DNA of 64,000 bases, taken from NCBI RefSeq assembly GCF_009914755.1, contig NC_060939.1. One strand, given 5' to 3'. This document shows, one piece after another, positions 42,901 to 54,110 of this stretch. The position numbers were made by a program, and so were the translations under genes. The notes beneath the pieces were generated by a model, which ran no database searches, had not been told where the DNA came from, and saw only the letters and a program-made list of their open reading frames with translations. The stretch comes from the human T2T-CHM13v2.0 reference genome, Homo sapiens. The stretch's first letter is position 1, and every line of letters starts with the position of its first letter.

Positions 42901-43778
42901 AACTTGTCTTTATTGAAACTGCAATTTTCTAGTCTGTTTTCTTAGATCTGCAGTATCTCTGTGTAACACTGTTTCCAAGCTCAATTAGGAGGATTTTTAT
43001 TTCATCCCCATAAAATATCTCCTTTTTTATGCCCTTTGAGTGCCCCAAGTGGGTTTATAATTACGCAATCTTTATTGAAGGAGTACAGATGAAGTAACAA
43101 TTCTCATTTCTAATTCCAATTTTCTGGAAAGACATTTAAGTCTTCAATCCCTGGGTACCTGAAAAAAGCAAACAAGGTACAGATGCCTGTAATTTTTCCT
43201 ATTTTTAGTTTTGGAACGAATCTTTTCTTACGGCAATGAAAGCAAATGAAAAAACCAGTCCTTGAACACTTGCAACAAAAGACTATCACTTTCTACTGGA
43301 ATTGACATTGGATTAAAAAGCTAAAGTTTGAAAGTAAAATTATTTTGCTACTCTTTAAATATTTAAGCAGTATGAAAATAAATTAGAAAATAAATACGCG
43401 TATTTCCCTAATAGTGCACACCACTTGGGTGACATTCTGTATACTCCTATTTTTGCCATGATGTGGATTTTTTTCCCATCAAATGAAAACCTACAGAAAT
43501 AAATTCTGAAACAGATAGATTGTTCCCCTCCTTCCATTCTCATGCCAATGAAATATTTCAAGTGAACTGTTTTCTGATCACAAATATCACGTTTTTTTAA
43601 AAAAATCAAAAAGCAGTTATTTAAAAGAATACATACTATTATTAAAAGTTAGTCAAGACCAACTAATAAGACCTCAAAAATGAACATATTTCAAAGAATT
43701 TTGTTCTCTTCAATAGTTGCATGAGTTTTTTTTTTTTTTTTTTTTTTCCCCAGGAAAATGTGCAAATATCAAGGTTAC

Positions 43779-43875
43779 CTGGGTCTGCTGGTCACTTCTA
43801 GTTTTTGGACTCTTGAAGATGGTGAGTTTTGCTAATGATGCGCGGCTGTTTAAGAACCAGGTGGCTTTTCTGGCA
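43779..43875 (-). other. CYP19A1: Untranslated brain-specific exon I.f
   Basis: Recognisable I.f sequence ...CAGCCGCGCATCATTAGCAAAACTCACCATCTTCAAGAGTCC...GACCCAG; donor CAG|GTAACC at 43779/43778; TATA box about 25 nt upstream of the inferred start. Confidence 0.85.
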
Positions 43876-44080
43876 ATCACTCTTCGTGTGCCATCTTTTA
43901 TAAAGGTGCTTCTTGTTGCTAAGAGATCAGTTGCTTAGAGACCAAACCATTAAAAAAATATATATGTCAGGGGCCAACATAAATTATAGCCAAATTTTGT
44001 CATTTCAGCTCGCCCCCTGAATGTTTGGCTTTTGTAATAGATCGTAGCGTACCAAGAGAAGCTAATTACTAATCACAAAT
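43876..44080 (-). promoter_or_regulatory. CYP19A1: Brain promoter I.f
   Basis: TATAAAA at 43902-43896; DR1-like TGGCCCCTGACA (COUP-TF type) at 43976-43965; homeodomain site TAATTA at 44063-44068. Confidence 0.75.
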
Positions 44081-45236
44081 AGAAAACTGACCATGAGGAG
44101 GAGAAAAGATCTGTGCGTACGCTCCTGTGAACAGAGAGTAATATCATGCCTCCCTTCCATGGAGTTACATAGTTGCTGGGCTCTCTGAAACTTTGGCTCC
44201 TCGTAGGGGGTCCTAGACATATGCCGTAAAAATAGATTCATGCACACACATAGATACCTGTCCCAGGAAAACTTGAATGCAGGGTGGAGTATGAAGATGT
44301 GGGAATTGTGGGGCTACTTTACAGTCTTTTTCTAAGGAAAATTAAAGAAAAATGCACTGCTTAGGAAAATGTATGTCGGAAATCCGAAGTGATCTTAGCC
44401 TTTAGCCAGATGTTTTATGTGTGAACGTGATTGTCACTGCATCAGGTTCAGTTGTGTACACCTGGGGTTCAGGGGGTGCTTGGGTAAAAGTCTCTCTACC
44501 TTCTATTTTCTCTCCTGTACTGAGATATGGCATCCTCTGAGGGAGGAAATACAATCGGTTAAGTAAGGTAAGGTTTGACTTGGGGAGAGGAGCCTTTCTC
44601 TCTTTTCCTGGTGACACTGCCCCTTGAGACCCTCCTCTCAAATTTACTGTCGGCTAAATACTGTCCCACATAGGGACATTTACATTTTAGGAACACATTT
44701 TTAAATGAAAGACTCAAGTTCCTTTAAGATTTAATGGAATAGTGGCATTCCAAGCTTCTTAACAGGTAGGATGCAAGATCTTTGGAGGCAAAATAAAGCT
44801 GGATGCGAGCCTCCACTGGATAACTCCATAACACACCTCCTTCCTGCATTTCTCCTTTTTCTACCTCCTCCATTCTTCAAGGTCTCTGTGACTCTGTCCT
44901 GGGTGAGAAGAAAGCAAGCAAGTAAGAGACCAAAGACTTGGATTAAAAGCAAGATGAGAAGTAAAAAGAGTACCTAGTGATTTAAAGATTTGTTCCCTTC
45001 CTAGCCTCCAAAGTGCTTGCCATTCAAGAAGCCTTCATGCCCTCAGCTTTATTGGGAGGGCATCCTGGAATGAACCCCACTGCGCAGGAGAGGCAAGGTG
45101 AGGCCTGGGGGCTGGGATGGGAGCCCAGCAGGAAGATGAGAAGGTTCCCATTCCACTCTGTAGTGCTGGTCACTGTCAGATTGGCATCAACCCCCACATC
45201 TCCATCTACAAAGTAGGTGGAAGACCCACAACCAAC

Positions 45237-47762
45237 TTGAATTTGAAGTAGAGATATATGCCAGAAAAAAAGAAAAGAATGAAGACCTGGGCAAGTGGGA
45301 TGTGGCTAAGGCTCAGAAGAAATTTCCTCAGCAAGAGGAAAAAAACACTGACTTCCCCCAAACCAAGCTATGAGTGAAAACTGACACATGCACCGATGAC
45401 ATATACATTTCCCTTAAAGTCTCTTCCTTCTAATTCCCCAAATTTCTCTTTGTGGCTTATATTTTGGGATAGAAATGGAAGCAGAAAGGGCTAATAGGGA
45501 ATTAAAGGTGGAAAAGGCAAGAGAAATAATAATGTCTGGGTATACAGTTGCTGCCTAGCACCTGCTAGGTGAAGGAATGAGAGAGAAAAGAGGAGGCTGA
45601 AAGAGAAAGAGGCTGTGAACTCACTTTATGTTCCTTGAGGGCAGAAACTGTTGTATTCTCCTCTTTTCCCAATTCCAAGTGTTTGCATGGGGCTTTTGCA
45701 TTTAGAATGCGATTAAATGTTTTTGTTAACTTCGAAGTCAAAGGAGAAACAGAGAGAGAAGGGATGGGTCTAAGGGGGTTGAACTGTTACTCCATCCTAG
45801 ACCCCATGTGACTGGCTCCCTCCATAAGAGCCCGCTCTGCTCACATTTGTACTTTGGACTTAGATCTAAAACTAAAAGCCTGCCCTTCTTTTTTTTTTTT
45901 TTTTTTTTTTGAGACGGAGTCTCGCTCTGTCGCCCAGGCTGGAGTGCAGTGGCACGATCTCGGCTCACTGCAACCTCTGCCTCCGCCTCCAGAGTAGCTG
46001 GGACTACAGGCGCCCGCCACCATGCCCGGCTAATTTTTTTTGTATTTTTTAGTAGAGACGGGGTTTCACAGTCTTAGCCAGGATGGTCTTGATCTCCTGA
46101 CCTCGTGATCCACCCCCCTTGGCCTCCCAAAGGGCTGGGATTACAGGTGTGAGCCACCACGCCCAGCCAAAGCCTGCCCTTCTTCTTATCTATCCATCCT
46201 GGTCTCCCCATTTTAGGGGGGCTCTGGTTTGGCTCTTTCTGCCTTGTGGCCATTTGCCTTGGACTCTTAGCTTTGACCTCTAGGACATGAGGTCCTACAC
46301 CTCATTTTGGCCACTTCCTACCTATCAGGAGGTGACTTGGGCACCATTCTGGACACTAGTCCTTGGCAGGCTCCAGGTTCTCATCTACATGGGTGGAGGT
46401 GGGGAGATACTGTGGTCTGTAATGAGCCACTGCCCTCACTCAGTGTGGTGTGGTGAAGAAAATAGGCTTGGACCCATGAGGGCTTGGCTTACAAATGTTC
46501 CAACTTGAACCTTGGAAAAAAAATTTTGGTACAGCTGTAACTGTGTCAACGAATGTAGTCCAGTGTCATTTTGGGTCTTGCAGTGTGGCAGGTCACTTGT
46601 CCACAGGTACCTGGACCACAGCACTCTCACATCCTGACCAACCACTGCTGGGAAGCTGCCCAGCCCACATGAGCTCCATATTCCAGTCTCAGGAATGGGA
46701 AGACAGCACAGTGAGAGATGCCAAGCTCCGGGGCATCCTCTGTGGAATTGACTGCCACTGCAGGCCCAGGCGCCCGTTACTGGGGAAACCAGTGTTCCCT
46801 GATGCCACCCCCACTGAGCATCCAGAGACCCTGATGCTATCTATTGCCTACTGCCCAGCTGCTGCTAACTCCGCCAGGACTTGCTCTTTCCCAGTGGAAA
46901 ATTCAGCAGACAACATTTCTAGAAATGCTCACACAGCCCCCTTGCTACACAGCCCCTTCTACTTTAGAAAGGACCCACTCCTACCCCAGGAAGACTCCAG
47001 TGTAGTGACCACAACTCTATTCTGTTTCTCCAGGAAACTGTTCTTAGAAGAGGCCTGAAGAGAAACATGACTGACTAGGTAAGATTAGAGGCTATACCAG
47101 ATGTTTGGGTCACTCTCTGGAGGTTCCTGGGGCAGCAAGTAGAAGCTCAGCCAGTACTACGCAAGGGGGCTTTTTCCAAGCCCTTTCAGGGGCCATGTCC
47201 TGGACAGAAACCTACCCTGAGGAGCCAGAGCACTGCGGGCAGGAGAGGAGGACCTGCCTGGAGAAGTCACATCCAGACATACAGCCCGGCAGCTCCTATG
47301 GAAAAGCAGGACTTGAGCAACAGGGGGCAGCAAAGCACAACCGCCTTCTTCAGCTGAGCCCTAGGGCAGCCTTGGGAGGCAGGCAGTGAGGGGCAGGAGA
47401 GTTGGCCCCCCTCTCAGGGGACAGCTGCTTGGCTGGCCAGAGGTAATGGCCAAGTTTGAATCTGAAGTAGAGATATATGCCAGAAAAAAAAAAGAAAAGA
47501 ATGATGCCCTGGGCAAGTGGGATGTGGCTAAGGCTCAGAAGAAATTTCCTCAGCAAGAGTAAAGGGTACACTGACTTCCCCCAACCCAAGTTATGACTGA
47601 AAACTGACACATACACCAATGACATATACATTTTCCCTTAAGTCTCTTCCTTCTAATTCCCCAAATTTCTCTTTGTGGCTCATATTTTGGGATAGAAATG
47701 GAAGCAGAAAGGGAAGGGCTAAGAAGGAATTAGAGGTAGAAAAGGCAAGAAAAATAATAATG
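45237..47762 (+). repeat. ~300-bp direct duplication (45237-45534 and 47456-47762)
   Basis: Both copies read TGAAGTAGAGATATATGCCAG...CCTGGGCAAGTGGGATGTGGCTAAGGCTCAGAAGAAATTTCCTCAGCAAGAG...AATAATAATG; roughly 90% identical by eye. Confidence 0.9.
45891..46168 (-). mobile_element. AluY/Sc-like with ~26-nt internal deletion
   Basis: GGCGCCCGCCACCA and GACCTCGTGATCC diagnostics; 16-bp TSD AAAGCCTGCCCTTCTT at 45875-45890 and 46169-46184. Confidence 0.92.
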
Positions 47763-47932
47763 AGAATAAACCAAATAAAGAGAAATAAACCAAGCTTGCC
47801 CCTTGTTGGTTCCCTCTCTGAATTCTGAAAAATCCTTGTCACAGTCCACAGGGACCTCTGGAATGAGAAGAACTGAGACAGAGAGGCTGGAGTAAAGGAG
47901 CAGCAGACCTCCAGACACATGATGATAGTTAC

Positions 47933-48033
47933 CCTTGCTGATTTCACCCCTTTCTCCGGTCTTACTTCATCCTTGTAGATGGAGCCCCTAAGATACAACA
48001 CTTCATCTTCTTGTTGGGAAAAAGCTGAGTGTT
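47933..48033 (-). other. CYP19A1: Untranslated endothelial exon I.7 (101 nt)
   Basis: Starts AACACTCAGCTTTTTCCCAACA (48033) and ends at donor AAGG|GTAACT (47933/47932), giving 101 nt. No TATA box. Upstream GATA sites at -141/-146 (48174-48179) and -191/-196 (48224-48229) agree with the I.7 architecture as I recall it. An alternative donor lies at 47966/47965. Confidence 0.75.
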
Positions 48034-48609
48034 GGGAAAAAAAGCTGAGGCAGGGCTTGCATGTCTGACATAATGTCCAGGGCTCAGTGCATAAAACCCC
48101 TCGTGGCCTCTGGAATGAGTCTAGACTTGCTGGCTCCTTGCTTCTAGCTTAAACTGGAAGAACATGCTCCCTATTATCTCAAGTAGCAGAATATGTTCCA
48201 TATGCTTCAAAGGAAATGCTAAACTATCACAGCTGTAGATCATGTGCTTGCCCTTTTGACCCACACATTCTCACCACCTGTTTCTTTGTTTGACCACCAA
48301 TAAATAGTCTGGGCTTCCAGAGCTCAGGGCCTTCACAGCCTCCATACTTGCGTTGGCCACCTGGACCCACTTTCTCTCTCAAACTGTCTTTTCTCTTTCC
48401 TTTGACTCTGCCAGACTTCGTTGCCCCAAGGCCTGGTGTTGGATCTGATCACCCCAACATTCCTGGCTGCCCAACGTGGGGCGACAAAGGCCCTGGTGAA
48501 GGAACACTAGAGCATGTGAAAGCAGGGGATGCATTGTCAAAGGACACCCAAGGATGACTAAAGGAAGCTTGGTGGGAAAGCTGAGGGCTCGGAAGAACCA
48601 GGGTAACAA

Positions 48610-49662
48610 CAGGACAAAGTGAAAGCAAATATTCTGCTTATTTAAGTTTCTTAAGGCATTTATTATGAAGAGTGGGGGTGAAAGTTAGTACTCAGAATTT
48701 GTTATCACTCTTTAGTACGGTAAAGGAGTTTTGCCCATGGTTCCTGGAACAAGGGACTATGGAGTTGGATGAATGGGAGATAATTGGCAGAGATTTTAAA
48801 AAGGCGTATAAAGATGGAGCAAAAATTCCAGTTTTTTTTGGTCAATGTGAGTGATAATAAAGGCAGCTTTTGAGCCATTTCAAACAGATGATGAGGTAGA
48901 TTCAGATGAGGAAGAGGAGGACGAGTGTAAAGAACTAATTTCAGATTCTGAATGTGAGGAACAGAAACCGGAGGAAATTAAAGAAAGGGAAACTGAAAGA
49001 AGTATGTTTTACTAGCCCGTTGGCTCCACCTGCTGAATTAAGTGAATGGCCACCTCTTCTCTCTCCCATTAATGGGCGAGAAAATGAATTAGCTGAAAAA
49101 CACCACTCCTGTAGTTGCAACATTAAAACCTGGAGCAATTGGTGGTGCTATACAAAATTCTATTCAAAAAGCTAGAGCCGAGGGAGACCTTGAAGTATGG
49201 CAATTTCCCATTACTATAATCCAGCAAGGAGGGAAGGAATTCAAGCAAGCCATTACTCTGAATACGTTAAGGCTTGCGATGGCATTGGAGGTAACTTACA
49301 TAAGGCTACTCTTTCAGCTCAGGCTATGGCTGGATTAAGAGTAGGAAAGAATATGCCCCATTTCTCAGGCTCTTGTTCCAATTGTCGGCAATTTGGACAC
49401 AAAAAAGGAATGTAGAAAAGGAAATCAAAAGGCAAGAACTACTACCGTCAATCAACAGAAAAGCCCTGGTGTATGCCCCCATTGTAAAAAAGGCAATCAC
49501 TGGGCAAATCAGTGTCGTTCTAAAGATGGACAACCTCTTTCAGGAAATGGGAAGAGTGGCCCACCTCAGGCCCCTCAACAAACCGAGGCATACCCGGCAC
49601 AGCCAGTGCCCTCACAAGCGTACAACAATTGTCCCCTGCCACAGCAGGCAGTGTTGCCATAG
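48610..49662 (+). pseudogene. HERV-K gag remnant (MA and NC; most of CA missing)
   Basis: Start codon lost (ACA GGA CAA AGT GAA); GVKVSTQNLLSLFSTVKEFCPWFLEQGT matrix motif; zinc knuckle CPHCKKGNHWANQC; stops and frameshifts. Confidence 0.85.
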
Positions 49663-50395
49663 ACCTTTGCAGCACAATTACCATCTCCCTGTTTCCTGGG
49701 GAGCTGCCAAAAAAGGTCCCTACGGGAGTTAGAGGACGCTTATCCTCAGGAACAGTTGGTCTATTACTTGGAAGGTCTAGTCTAAATTTGAAAGGTGTTG
49801 CTGTGCATACAGGAATAATTGACTCTGATTATACCAGAGAAATTCAATTAGTTATTAGTTCCTCAACTCTGTGGTCTGCCTCCCCAGGAGAAAGAATTGC
49901 TCAGTTGCTGCTGCTACCCTAAACAAAACTAGGAAGCAGCACAGTGAAAGAACAGGCGACTTTGGTAGTACTAATCCTGCAGGAAAGGCTGTATATTGGG
50001 TTAATCAAGTGTCTGACAAAAGACCTATTTGCATAGTGACTATTTAGGGAAAGGATTTTGAAGGACTAGTAGATACTGGAGCTGATGTCTCTATTATTGC
50101 TCTAAATCAATGACCCCGACACTGGCCCAAACAAAAGGCTTCCATGGGTATCATTGGCGTAGGAACCGCCTCAGAGGTTTTTCACAGTTCCTTGATTTTA
50201 CCATGTCAAGGACTGGATGGCCAGGAAGGGACAATTCAGTCTATTATTACACCTATTCCTGTCAATTTATGGGGAAGAGACTTATTGCAACAATGGGATG
50301 CTGAAATATCTATTCCTATGGATCAATATAGTAATAATAGTAGACAAATGATGAGAAATATGGGATATCGACTTGGAGAAGGACCAGGAATATAA
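49629..50395 (+). pseudogene. HERV-K dUTPase-protease remnant
   Basis: AGSVAIDLC, GRSSLNLKG, GIIDSDY and GERIAQLLL dUTPase motifs; protease GLVDTGADVSII (~50063-50098) and NLWGRDLL; premature stops. Confidence 0.85.
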
Positions 50396-50399
50396 GACA

Positions 50400-50886
50400 C
50401 TGCATATGTAATTGCATTTAGCTTTATTAACATTAAAATTTTTAAATTTACAAAAAGATCAACCCATAACTGCAGTGAAACAACACCTAACAGGACAAAA
50501 GGAAAATAAAAAGGCTGGACAAGATACATGGTGGAGGAATGCACATACAAAGAGCTGGGAAAAAGGAAAGATAATTATATGGGGAAGAAGATTTGCTTGT
50601 GTCTCTCCAGGTGACAATCAGGTGCCTGTGTGGGTGCCCACCAAACATCTGAAGATCTATCATGAGCCACAGCATCTAGCGGACCCACCTGTACAGTGCA
50701 AATTGAAGGTTTGAGAAGCCTCCATTTGCTTTCTCTGTGCCTTCTATTAGAAGGGGCCTGTTTCTCATTATCAGTGGAAAGTTCTACCTCATGGAGATGA
50801 ACGAACCGTGTGGGTGCAATCCCCATAACATGGGGACAGATCAAGAAAACCGCACAGGAAGCTGAGAAACTGCTGGAGCGCCAGGG
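50400..50886 (+). pseudogene. Integrase C-terminus and env leader remnants; RT, RNase H and most of env deleted
   Basis: HLALLTLKFLNL...SWEKGKIIIWGRRFACVSPGDNQVPVWVP (integrase end); PITWGQIKKTAQEAEKLL (env signal-peptide-like). Confidence 0.75.
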
Positions 50887-53800
50887 TTTTACCTACAGAT
50901 GCTTAACGGACCAATGCTTTCTGACTGAGTGCCTCTCTACCCTGAATACAAGAGACCCTAATAGTTAGGCAGGAGTATCATTGCCCCCATTCAGCATGGA
51001 CCTTCATCCTGAAACCCCTAGGATTAAGGGTCCTCTTGTAAAAGGGAAAGGGGAGATACGTGGGAAGCATTCAAACCAGAGCGACTCCATTTTGAATAAG
51101 GGCTAAGAACAATGAAGTTGGATCACCAACTGGCAATCAAAGGCTGCACAGCCTGCAATTGCCTTGCTCAATTAATTTAAAAACAAAAAGAGGCCACCTT
51201 TTATGCTAGTAATAATGATAGCTGTGGCGGTTTTACAAAAAAGAGAAGGGGAAAATGTTGGGAAAAAGCTGAGTGTTGGGAAAAAAGCTGAGGCAGGGTT
51301 TGCATGTCTGACATAATGTCCAGGGCTCGGCGCATAAAACCCCTCGTGGCCTCTGGAATGGGTCTAGACTTGCTGGCTCCTTGCTTCTAGCTTAAACTGG
51401 AAAAACATGCTCCCCATTATCTCAAGTAGGAGAATATATTCCATATGCTTCAAAGGAAATGCTAAACTTTCACAGCTGTAGATCATGCACTTGCCCTTTC
51501 GACCCCCACATTCTCACCACCTGTTTGATCGCCAATAAATAGTCTGGGCTTCCAGAGCTCAGGGCCTTCACAGCCTCCATACTTGCGTTAGCCCACTTGA
51601 TCCGTTTTCTCTCTCAAACTGTGTTTTCTCATTCCTTTGACTCCGCCAGACTTCGTCACCACCAAGGCCTGGTGTTGGATCTGATCACCCCAACATTCTT
51701 TTTTTGGTACCAGTCACCACAGTCTCACTCCTAAACACCTTACTTGCCCCCCATCCAGACGGCACCAGCTTTGTCAGGCATCTGCGTCTCCACATGCATA
51801 CCCACCAGTTCTCCAATAACCACCTAAAGGGAAGGCCAGACCCATTCTACCACTTGGGTTCTTGGGAAAGATTTGCCCTCTCACCCGCAATGGGCCTGAT
51901 CCAACTCTCCAGGAGAAGTCATCTATAACAACTCTACTCCTCTCTCCTGCTGGATCGCCCCTTCTCTCCCTTGCTCTCTCTTTTTACCCCTGCCACAGAA
52001 AACCTGGCTTCCTTCCTCACCCAAATCCCCAGAGTTCTGGTCAACACCTCTTATTTGCATATAAATATTCTCTCTTCTACCTCTCCACACATCATAGCTC
52101 AAATCTGGGACAGATGCACATCTTTAGATGAGGGGGGCTAAAATAAAAGCCAGGAAGCACTCAATTAAATTTCTGTCTTCAGGCACTTGTTTGTCTGTTT
52201 CGTTTGTTTGTTCTTTTCCCCTGGAAGGTTGATTCCTATCTGACCCACAGTATGGTACCATCAGCCAGTATGGTACAAAGTGCTTATTCCACTTAGCTCG
52301 TTGCATTTCAAAGCCAAGTGTGCCCTGACTACCAAGCATGTCCAAAGCCCATGGTGTAAGGAAGTCTCCTTGGACAGCACAAAGGGAATCCTCCCCAAGA
52401 AAAACGAAGACCCTTCCACCATGAGTACCCCCTTAAGAAGATACCACCACCTCCTCCATTCTACTCTCACCCCACTCAGGGTTCCCCAGCTGTTTTCATT
52501 CTGCAGATCTGTTGCTTTGTACCTGTGCAGCAAGGCAATCAGATGAAAATCACCCATAAAGAAATAAAAGGCAGGGACCCAAGCATAGGAGGATACATTG
52601 GCTGAAGTACAGGTGAGAAGTTGACCCCTGACCCAGGAGATCTTGAGAGAAGTGAGCCACAGCAGATTCAGAATATACCTCTAGATGGCCTCTAGAGGGG
52701 ACAGGAGGTCACTCTAGTCTTGCTGAGGCTGATTCTAAAAGAAAGAGCTTTTGGCTGAACCTACCCAGCACATTCATCTGTGAGGTGGGTGGCATCAATA
52801 GAGGGCAGGGTTGGCAAGAGTGGAGCCGCCACCAGGTGTCCCACCTGGACATGACTTATCCAATGACAGCTAGTGCACATAGTGATGAGCTCAAGATCTA
52901 AAAATCTAATCTAAAAATAGGACTTTAGGAATGAGCAAGAAAATTTATTAGTCCTTCCCTTCTTGCCTATCTTGTTCTTCCCAGCACCCCTGGACAAGCC
53001 CAGTCAAAACAGTGGAAAATATATCCTTTAAGAAAAAACAACCGAGGCTCCTCAGTCAAGGGAGAAGAAAGCTAAACATTGCTGCGGGGTTCACCCTATT
53101 GTCTCCCACAGGCATTACTAACGCAATGCGAACCTTGATACCTGTGTTCTCTGGCATATCAGGCAGGTCTGCTTGGAATTGGCCCGGAAACAGAGCCCAC
53201 TTGAATTTGGGGCTTCTTCACACCAGGCTGTCTCACATGCTACAAGTGCCACTTCTGAAGCTGTGTGGGCCTCGTCAGCACTCCTGGGCAGCCACAGCTC
53301 AGACATTGGTATCGCTGCTGTGCAGAAGGCAGCCTCTCCCATGCAGGCTTTGTCTCCTGGGCCCAAACACCTTTCCCCCTCCCTCTGCCCTGGCCAGGTC
53401 TCCATCCTACCCTCAAATGCCCTCACCTTCCCTCATGCCCTCCAACCAGTTGTTCAGTTAAGACCCCCAAAGTAATTATTCAACTGAGTCCTGGTTTTCT
53501 TCAATGGTCTGGGGCTAACACTATAAAATGGAACAGAAGTACCACCTCCTTGGTGTCTGACCTGAAGCAGTCCCAGGTTGCCAGCCAATTTTATTGGCAA
53601 CTAAAGTCTATGTGCATCTTACAGCTGAGTTGAAGGTGGAATGTTCAAAAGCTCAATGCCTCAGTGGAAAAATCAATGGGTAAATAAATCTGATATGCAT
53701 AAGCTAAAGAGTATTACTGGAGTAAAATATGAGAATAGAGAGCTGCTTTTGTCTAATACTTTCAAAGCACCATGAGTTTGACTAAATTTCTTAAGGCACT

Positions 53801-53955
53801 GGAGTCTCTATTTTCCCCAGTCTAGATCTCCTACAGCAATCACAAACCTCTCAAGAGTAAGGACCATGTCTTACTCATCTTCCTATCCCTGGCCTGCTGG
53901 TGTTGGTAGCGCTCAGCAGTTGTGCAGTGATTTTTGAATGAATGAAACCACTTAC

Positions 53956-54110
53956 CCTTTGCCTCCTGTCCCCAGCCCCTACCATCCCTGGCCCTCATCA
54001 GGTCCTGACAGCTGAGTTACCTGTGTGCTCAATCCTGCCATACTCCCAGCCCAATCTGGAGACAGGAATTCTTGTTCAAGCTGCCACCGCTCTGCCCACT
54101 GTCCAAAGCA
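53956..54110 (-). other. CYP19A1: Probable untranslated exon I.5
   Basis: About 45 kb upstream of the ATG, beyond I.7 as expected; donors ACAG|GTAACT (54021/54020) and AGG|GTAAGT (53956/53955). Partly from recollection; TSS uncertain. Confidence 0.4.

Larger units (their letters stand above)
48012..51695 (+). mobile_element. Internally deleted HERV-K14 (HML-1; LTR14-type LTRs) provirus, 3.7 kb
   Basis: 5' LTR 48012-48459 and 3' LTR 51256-51695 (TG...CA). Lys-tRNA-type PBS TGGCTGCCCAACGTGGGGC at 48464-48482; polypurine tract at 51237-51255; TTCT flanks both ends. Confidence 0.88.

Noticed and set aside
48610-50886. Possible functional retroviral proteins (Gag, dUTPase, protease)
   Set aside because: Gag ATG is lost, there are multiple stops and frameshifts, and pol and env are largely deleted.
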